Shown here: piece by piece, positions 59,842-64,000 of the stretch
Position numbering within the stretch: position 1 is the stretch's first letter
Layout of the letters: each line of letters starts with the position of its first letter
NCBI GenBank assembly: GCA_963805625.1
Contig: CAWDVE010000018.1
Coordinates: 32,001-96,000 of the forward strand
Direction: 5' to 3'
DNA: 64,000 nucleotides
DNA from: an uncultured Candidatus Rokubacteria bacterium
GTDB lineage: Bacteria > Methylomirabilota > Methylomirabilia > Rokubacteriales > DASRDR01
Made by a program: the position numbers and the translations under genes
The notes under the pieces: model-generated
What the model was told of the DNA's origin: nothing
Databases searched by the model: none
The model's input: only the letters and a program-made list of their open reading frames with translations

Positions 59842-61014
59842 GTGACGGAGCCGCGCGGGGCCAGCGTCGTGGTCGTCGGCGGCGGCGTCACCGGGCTCAG
59901 CGCCGCCTGGTGGCTCGCCCGCGCGGGCGTCGACGTCCTGGTGCTCGAGGCGGGCATCGTCGGGTGGGAGGCGTCAGGACGGAACGGCGGCGGCGCGACC
60001 CACGTCTACAGCCCCCTCGGCCTCGAGGAGCAGCGGCTCTGGCCCCAAATGGACACGCTGCTCGGGTATCCCACCGAGCACGCGCCGCACCGGATCAAGG
60101 TGGCGCTGACGGAAGATCAGCTCGCGCTCTACCGGACGAACGCCGGGATCGCCGCCCAGCAGGGGTTCCGGACCGAGCCGCTCGACGTCAAGGAGCTCCG
60201 AGAGCTCGTTCCGATCGTCGGGGACAACGCGATCGGCGGCTTTTACCTCCACTTCGGCGGCCACGCGAACCCGCAGCGCACCGTCCAGGCCTACGCGTGG
60301 GCGCTTCAGGACCTCGGTGGTCGGATCCGCCAGCACACGCCCGTCACGGGGTTCCGCACCGCCGGGGGGCGCGTCACCGCCGTCGAGACCGCCGCCGGCC
60401 CGGTCGGCGCCGAGACGGTCGTCCTCGCGGCTGGGCCGCAGACGGAGCGCCTCGCCGCCCGGCTCGGCGTCCGGGTCCCGCTCGCGCCGTCGCGTGTCGA
60501 GATGATCTGTACCGAGCCCCTGCCGCTCATGAAGGTCGGCGGGGTCGACGGCAACGGCCTCTACGGCCGCCAGACGCGGCGGGGCAACCTGGTCTACGGC
60601 GGCGGCCCGCACGAATGGCTGGACGGTGCCGGGCTCGCGGCGGCGCCGGGGTCCCGGCCCACGACCCCGCTCCTCCGGAGCCTGGGCCGGCGCCTCGCCG
60701 AGCTCTTCCGTGGAGCCGCCCACGTGCGGCTCATCCGGAGCTGGGCCGGAATCGTGGAGAACACTCCTGACGGGCTCCCGATCCTTGATCGGCTGGCCGA
60801 CCCTGCCAACGTGGTGCTCGCCACGATGTCGAGCGTCGGCTTCGGGCTGTCCCCGGCCTCCGGGAAGGCGATCAGCGAGCTCGCGCTCCACGGCGAGTGC
60901 CGCTTCGCCAATCTCACCGCCCTCCGGCTGGCGCGTTTCGCCCATACGCCGCCCGACTGGCGCGCTCAGCTCGGCTGGCTCCCCTCGGGATCGGAAGTCG
61001 GGGTCAGACTTTGA
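59842..61014 (+). CDS. DAO-family FAD oxidoreductase (opine oxidase B/HcnC-like)
   Basis: GGGVTG, ASGRNGG, WAG...TPDGLP, GFGLSP. Confidence 0.92.
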   Translation: MTEPRGASVVVVGGGVTGLSAAWWLARAGVDVLVLEAGIVGWEASGRNGGGATHVYSPLGLEEQRLWPQMDTLLGYPTEHAPHRIKVALTEDQLALYRTNAGIAAQQGFRTEPLDVKELRELVPIVGDNAIGGFYLHFGGHANPQRTVQAYAWALQDLGGRIRQHTPVTGFRTAGGRVTAVETAAGPVGAETVVLAAGPQTERLAARLGVRVPLAPSRVEMICTEPLPLMKVGGVDGNGLYGRQTRRGNLVYGGGPHEWLDGAGLAAAPGSRPTTPLLRSLGRRLAELFRGAAHVRLIRSWAGIVENTPDGLPILDRLADPANVVLATMSSVGFGLSPASGKAISELALHGECRFANLTALRLARFAHTPPDWRAQLGWLPSGSEVGVRL

Positions 61015-61097
61015 CTTCCCGACAATTCTGGCGCCCGCCAGGACCAGACCACGACCGGCTGGGCGGTGCCGGCAAGCCCGGAAGTCAAAGTCTGACC
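61000..61097. repeat. REP-like inverted repeat (20-bp arms, 60-bp spacer), right arm split by IS
   Basis: GGGGTCAGACTTTGACTTCC at 61000-61019 versus GGAAGTCAAAGTCTGACC at 61080-61097 plus CC at 62454-62455. Confidence 0.8.
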
Positions 61098-62446
61098 GGC
61101 CAGGTGCCACACCATCTCGGTCGGTTAGGTGCCAGCGCATCTCGGTCACGGTGATACTGGAGTAAAGCCTGTGAGCGAGGGGGAGCCATGGCGAAAAGGG
61201 GCGGCGACGAGAGGCGACGCGGCGAACGCTGGTGGCGAAGGTCCGGGCCGGGGCCTCTATGCGGGCGGTGGCGCGCGCCCATGGAGTGAGCCTGTCCACG
61301 GTGCAGTGGTGGCACCGCCGGGCCGGGGCGCAGGCCCTGGACGACGTGGACTGGAGCGATCAGCCACGGGTGGCCAAGCGCATCCACCGGATCCCCGAGG
61401 CGGTGGAGCAGCTGGTGATGACCTTGCGGCACGACCTGAGGACGACCAGCGATCTGGGCGAGTATGGCGCCCGGGCCATCCACCGCGCCTTCGCGGCGCG
61501 TCGGCCGGCGACGGCCGTGCCGTCCGTGCGCACCATCGGCCGGATTCTGTACCGCCGGGGGGTCCTGGATCGTGTTCGCCGGCTGCGTCGGCCCCCGCCC
61601 CGCCCCGGCTGGTACCTCCCGGGCACCCCGGGACGGGGGGAGCTCGACAGCTTCGACATTGTAGAGGGCTTGGCGCTCACCGGGGGGCTGCAGCTGGAGG
61701 TCCTGACCGTCGTGTCCTTGTATGGGGGATTGCCCGGGGCCTGGCCGCAGCCGCTCGTGACGGCGAGCACCGCGGTGGCGGCGCTCGTCGCGCACTGGCG
61801 CACATGGGGCCTGCCGGCATACGCCCAATTTGACAATGACAGCATCTTCACCGGGACGCACCGCTGGCCCGATGCGCTGGGTCGCGTCGTCCGCACGTGC
61901 CTGCGCCTGGGCGTCCGCCCGGTCTTCGCCCCACCCCAGGAAAGTGGCTTCCAAGCCGCCATCGAGAACTTCAACGGCCGCTGGCAGGCCAAGGTCTGGA
62001 CCCGATTCCATCACGAATCGCTGGCCGCCCTGCAGGAGCGCTCCGACCGGTACATCCGCGCCTACCATCAGCGGGCGGCCGCGCGGATCGAGGCCGCCCC
62101 GCCGCGCCGCCCGTTCCCCGTCGCCTGGCAGGCCGATCTGCAAGCCCGCCTGCAGGGTGAGGTCTTGTTCCTGCGACGCACTTCGGACGCGGGGACGGTG
62201 CGCCTGCTCAATCGCACCCTGGAGGTCGCGCCCCATTGGCCCCACCGCCTGGTGCGATGCGAGCTGGATCTCACCGCCGGGATGCTCCGCTTCTACGCCC
62301 TGCGGCGTCGAGCGCCGGATCAGCAGCCTCTCTTGCGTGAGGCGCCCTATGTCTTTCCCCACAAGCCCTTCCACGAGTGACCGAGATGCGGTGGCACCTT
62401 CCCTCGAGTCGTCTCTTCTCCGACCGAGATGGTGTGGCACCTGGCC
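61098..62446 (+). mobile_element. Insertion sequence, 1349 bp, 27-bp perfect terminal IRs, 7-bp TSD TCTGACC
   Basis: GGCCAGGTGCCACACCATCTCGGTCGG at 61098-61124 and its reverse complement at 62420-62446; TSD at 61091-61097 and 62447-62453. Confidence 0.95.
61232..62380 (+). CDS. DDE transposase (HTH + rve integrase core; IS481/IS1202-like)
   Basis: HTH SMRAVARAHGVSLSTVQWW, PSVRTIGRIL, DSFD / QFDND / IENFN; true start may be the out-of-frame ATG 61188. Confidence 0.88.
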   Translation: MAKVRAGASMRAVARAHGVSLSTVQWWHRRAGAQALDDVDWSDQPRVAKRIHRIPEAVEQLVMTLRHDLRTTSDLGEYGARAIHRAFAARRPATAVPSVRTIGRILYRRGVLDRVRRLRRPPPRPGWYLPGTPGRGELDSFDIVEGLALTGGLQLEVLTVVSLYGGLPGAWPQPLVTASTAVAALVAHWRTWGLPAYAQFDNDSIFTGTHRWPDALGRVVRTCLRLGVRPVFAPPQESGFQAAIENFNGRWQAKVWTRFHHESLAALQERSDRYIRAYHQRAAARIEAAPPRRPFPVAWQADLQARLQGEVLFLRRTSDAGTVRLLNRTLEVAPHWPHRLVRCELDLTAGMLRFYALRRRAPDQQPLLREAPYVFPHKPFHE

Positions 62447-62455
62447 TCTGACCCC

Positions 62456-63565
62456 ATGAAAGCCGCGGTTTGCCGGGAGCTGGGTCAGCCCCTGGTCGTC
62501 GAGGACGTCATTCTCGACTCGCCCAAGGCCGGCGAGGTCCGCGTGCGGATCGGAGCGGTCGCGATCTGTCACAGTGACGTGCATCTGATCCGCGGGGACT
62601 GGGCCGGCTGGAGCAGCACACCGCCGCCCGTGGTGGCCGGGCACGAAGCCGCGGGAGTCGTCAGCGAGGTCGGCCCGGGGGTCACGCGAGTGCACCCGGG
62701 CGACCGCGTCGTCGTCTCGCTCCTCCGAACGTGCGGCGGCTGCGTCCCCTGCCTCACCGGTGCGGCGTACCTCTGCGAGGGGCAGTTCGCGCTCATCACG
62801 GAGCATCGGCTCCACAGCCGCACCGGCCAGCCGATCAACGCGGGTATCCGCGTCGCCGGGTTCGCAGAGTCGGTGGTGGTGGACCAGTCGCAGCTGGTCG
62901 TCGTCCCGGCCGACCTCGGGCTCGACCGGGCGTGCCTCCTGGCCTGCGGCGTCATCACGGGCGTCGGGGCCGTCCTCAACACCGCGCAGCTCACGCCGGG
63001 CAGCAGCGCCGTGATCATCGGCGCGGGCGGCGTCGGCGTCAACGCGATCCAGGGCGCGGCGCTCGCGGGGGCGACGCCCATCGTCGCCGTCGACGTCGTC
63101 GCACGAAAGCTGCCGACCGCGCGGAGCTTCGGCGCCACGCACGCCGTGGACGGGCGGCAGGGCGACGTGCGCGGGCTGGTGCGAGAGCTGACCGCCGGCC
63201 GGGGCGCCGACTACGTGTTCGTGACCGTGGGCAGCCCGGCGGCCGTGACCCAGGCGCTCACCCTCGCCCGACGGGGGGGAACCGTGGTACTGGTGGGAAT
63301 GCCGGCGGCCGGGGCCACCGCGCCGATCCCCATCGGGGACTTCGCCGGCAACGGGCTCAGGCTCCTCGGGAGCAATATGGGCTCGACCCGGCTCGGCGTG
63401 GACGTCCCTCGCCTCGTCGCGCGCTACCGGGAAGGCCGCCTGAACCTGGACGAGCTCATCACGGCCCGCTATCCGCTCGATCGGATCAACGAGGCGATCG
63501 TGGCGATGGAGGGCGGCGAGGCGCTCCGGAACGTCATCGTGTTCCCGGCTGCCGACGCGCCATGA
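62456..63565 (+). CDS. Zn-dependent alcohol dehydrogenase
   Basis: ICHSD, GHEAAG, CGGCVPC...C, GAGGVG. Confidence 0.95.
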   Translation: MKAAVCRELGQPLVVEDVILDSPKAGEVRVRIGAVAICHSDVHLIRGDWAGWSSTPPPVVAGHEAAGVVSEVGPGVTRVHPGDRVVVSLLRTCGGCVPCLTGAAYLCEGQFALITEHRLHSRTGQPINAGIRVAGFAESVVVDQSQLVVVPADLGLDRACLLACGVITGVGAVLNTAQLTPGSSAVIIGAGGVGVNAIQGAALAGATPIVAVDVVARKLPTARSFGATHAVDGRQGDVRGLVRELTAGRGADYVFVTVGSPAAVTQALTLARRGGTVVLVGMPAAGATAPIPIGDFAGNGLRLLGSNMGSTRLGVDVPRLVARYREGRLNLDELITARYPLDRINEAIVAMEGGEALRNVIVFPAADAP

Positions 63566-63696
63566 ACCCCGCCCCGGATGCCGGCGGCCGCCTGACGCGC
63601 ACCCTGCCCGGGCGCTTCTACCACGATCCCGCGGCGAGCCCGGCAGTGGCGGGGGTCCGGGCACGGGCGCCTCAGGCGCCCGCGGGACGCCGGTAA
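63562..63696 (+). pseudogene. 5' remnant of a Rieske oxygenase alpha subunit
   Basis: ATGA overlap with the ADH stop; LTRTLPGRFYHDPA resembles SIPARYYYDP of 51246-52463, then breaks off. Confidence 0.55.
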
Positions 63697-64000
63697 GTCA
63701 GCCCGTACGCGAGGTTCTCCTGGCGGAGCCGCTTGTCGGTGCCGAAGAGGATGTGCTTCGACATGTCGGGCGAGTAGCGGCTCGCTGGGGGCCGCCGCCC
63801 GAGGGCCTCGGCGAGGCTCCGGACGTGGTGCGGCCCGGCGCCGCAGCAGACGCCGAGGTAGCGGACCCCGAGGTCGTAGGCCTCTTTGCCGAACTCGGCG
63901 ATCTCGTAACGGTTGCAGACGAAGGGATCGAGCGCCGCCGGAAAGGGCCGGTTCTCGGGGATCACCTTGCAGTGGGGATCGTTCAGAGACTGGAAGGTCG
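63672..64000 (-). CDS. Betaine-homocysteine S-methyltransferase-like protein, 3' part
   Basis: FPAALDPF, YLGVCCGAGPHHVR, ASRYSPDMSKH. Confidence 0.85.
   Translation of the reverse strand, partial: TFQSLNDPHCKVIPENRPFPAALDPFVCNRYEIAEFGKEAYDLGVRYLGVCCGAGPHHVRSLAEALGRRPPASRYSPDMSKHILFGTDKRLRQENLAYGLTYRRPAGA

Overview
High-GC bacterial chromosomal window; gene content and style suggest Candidatus Rokubacteria/Methylomirabilota (inference). It opens with a zinc-ribbon gene and the RNase P RNA gene (rnpB). The last 24-26 nt of rnpB recur at 4056 and 5190 with conserved arm-like flanks, a tyrosine-integrase tail lies at 5461, and a core-less arm copy lies at 32040; together these suggest decayed tandem islands integrated at rnpB. 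The 5.6-28.4 kb region is an apparent oxidative pyrimidine catabolic cluster: cytosine deaminase, a split Mo-hydroxylase L...M/S, barbiturase, an AllH/AllF/AllG (YlbF/FdrA/YlbE)-like trio, a fused hydantoinase and two NMT1-type ABC importers, with no ureidomalonase. This suggests a phosphorolytic, carbamoyl-phosphate-yielding variant of the pathway (inference). The 28-36 kb region is rich in gene fragments and frameshifts. The 36-64 kb region holds peptide-type ABC transporters and probable betaine/sulfonium catabolic enzymes (DddP-like, two Hcy methyltransferases, Rieske oxygenase, CocE hydrolases, opine-oxidase-like pair). It also carries a 1349-bp IS with GGCC ends, 27-bp perfect IRs and a 7-bp TSD inserted inside a REP-like palindrome. 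No CRISPR, tRNA or rRNA was seen.
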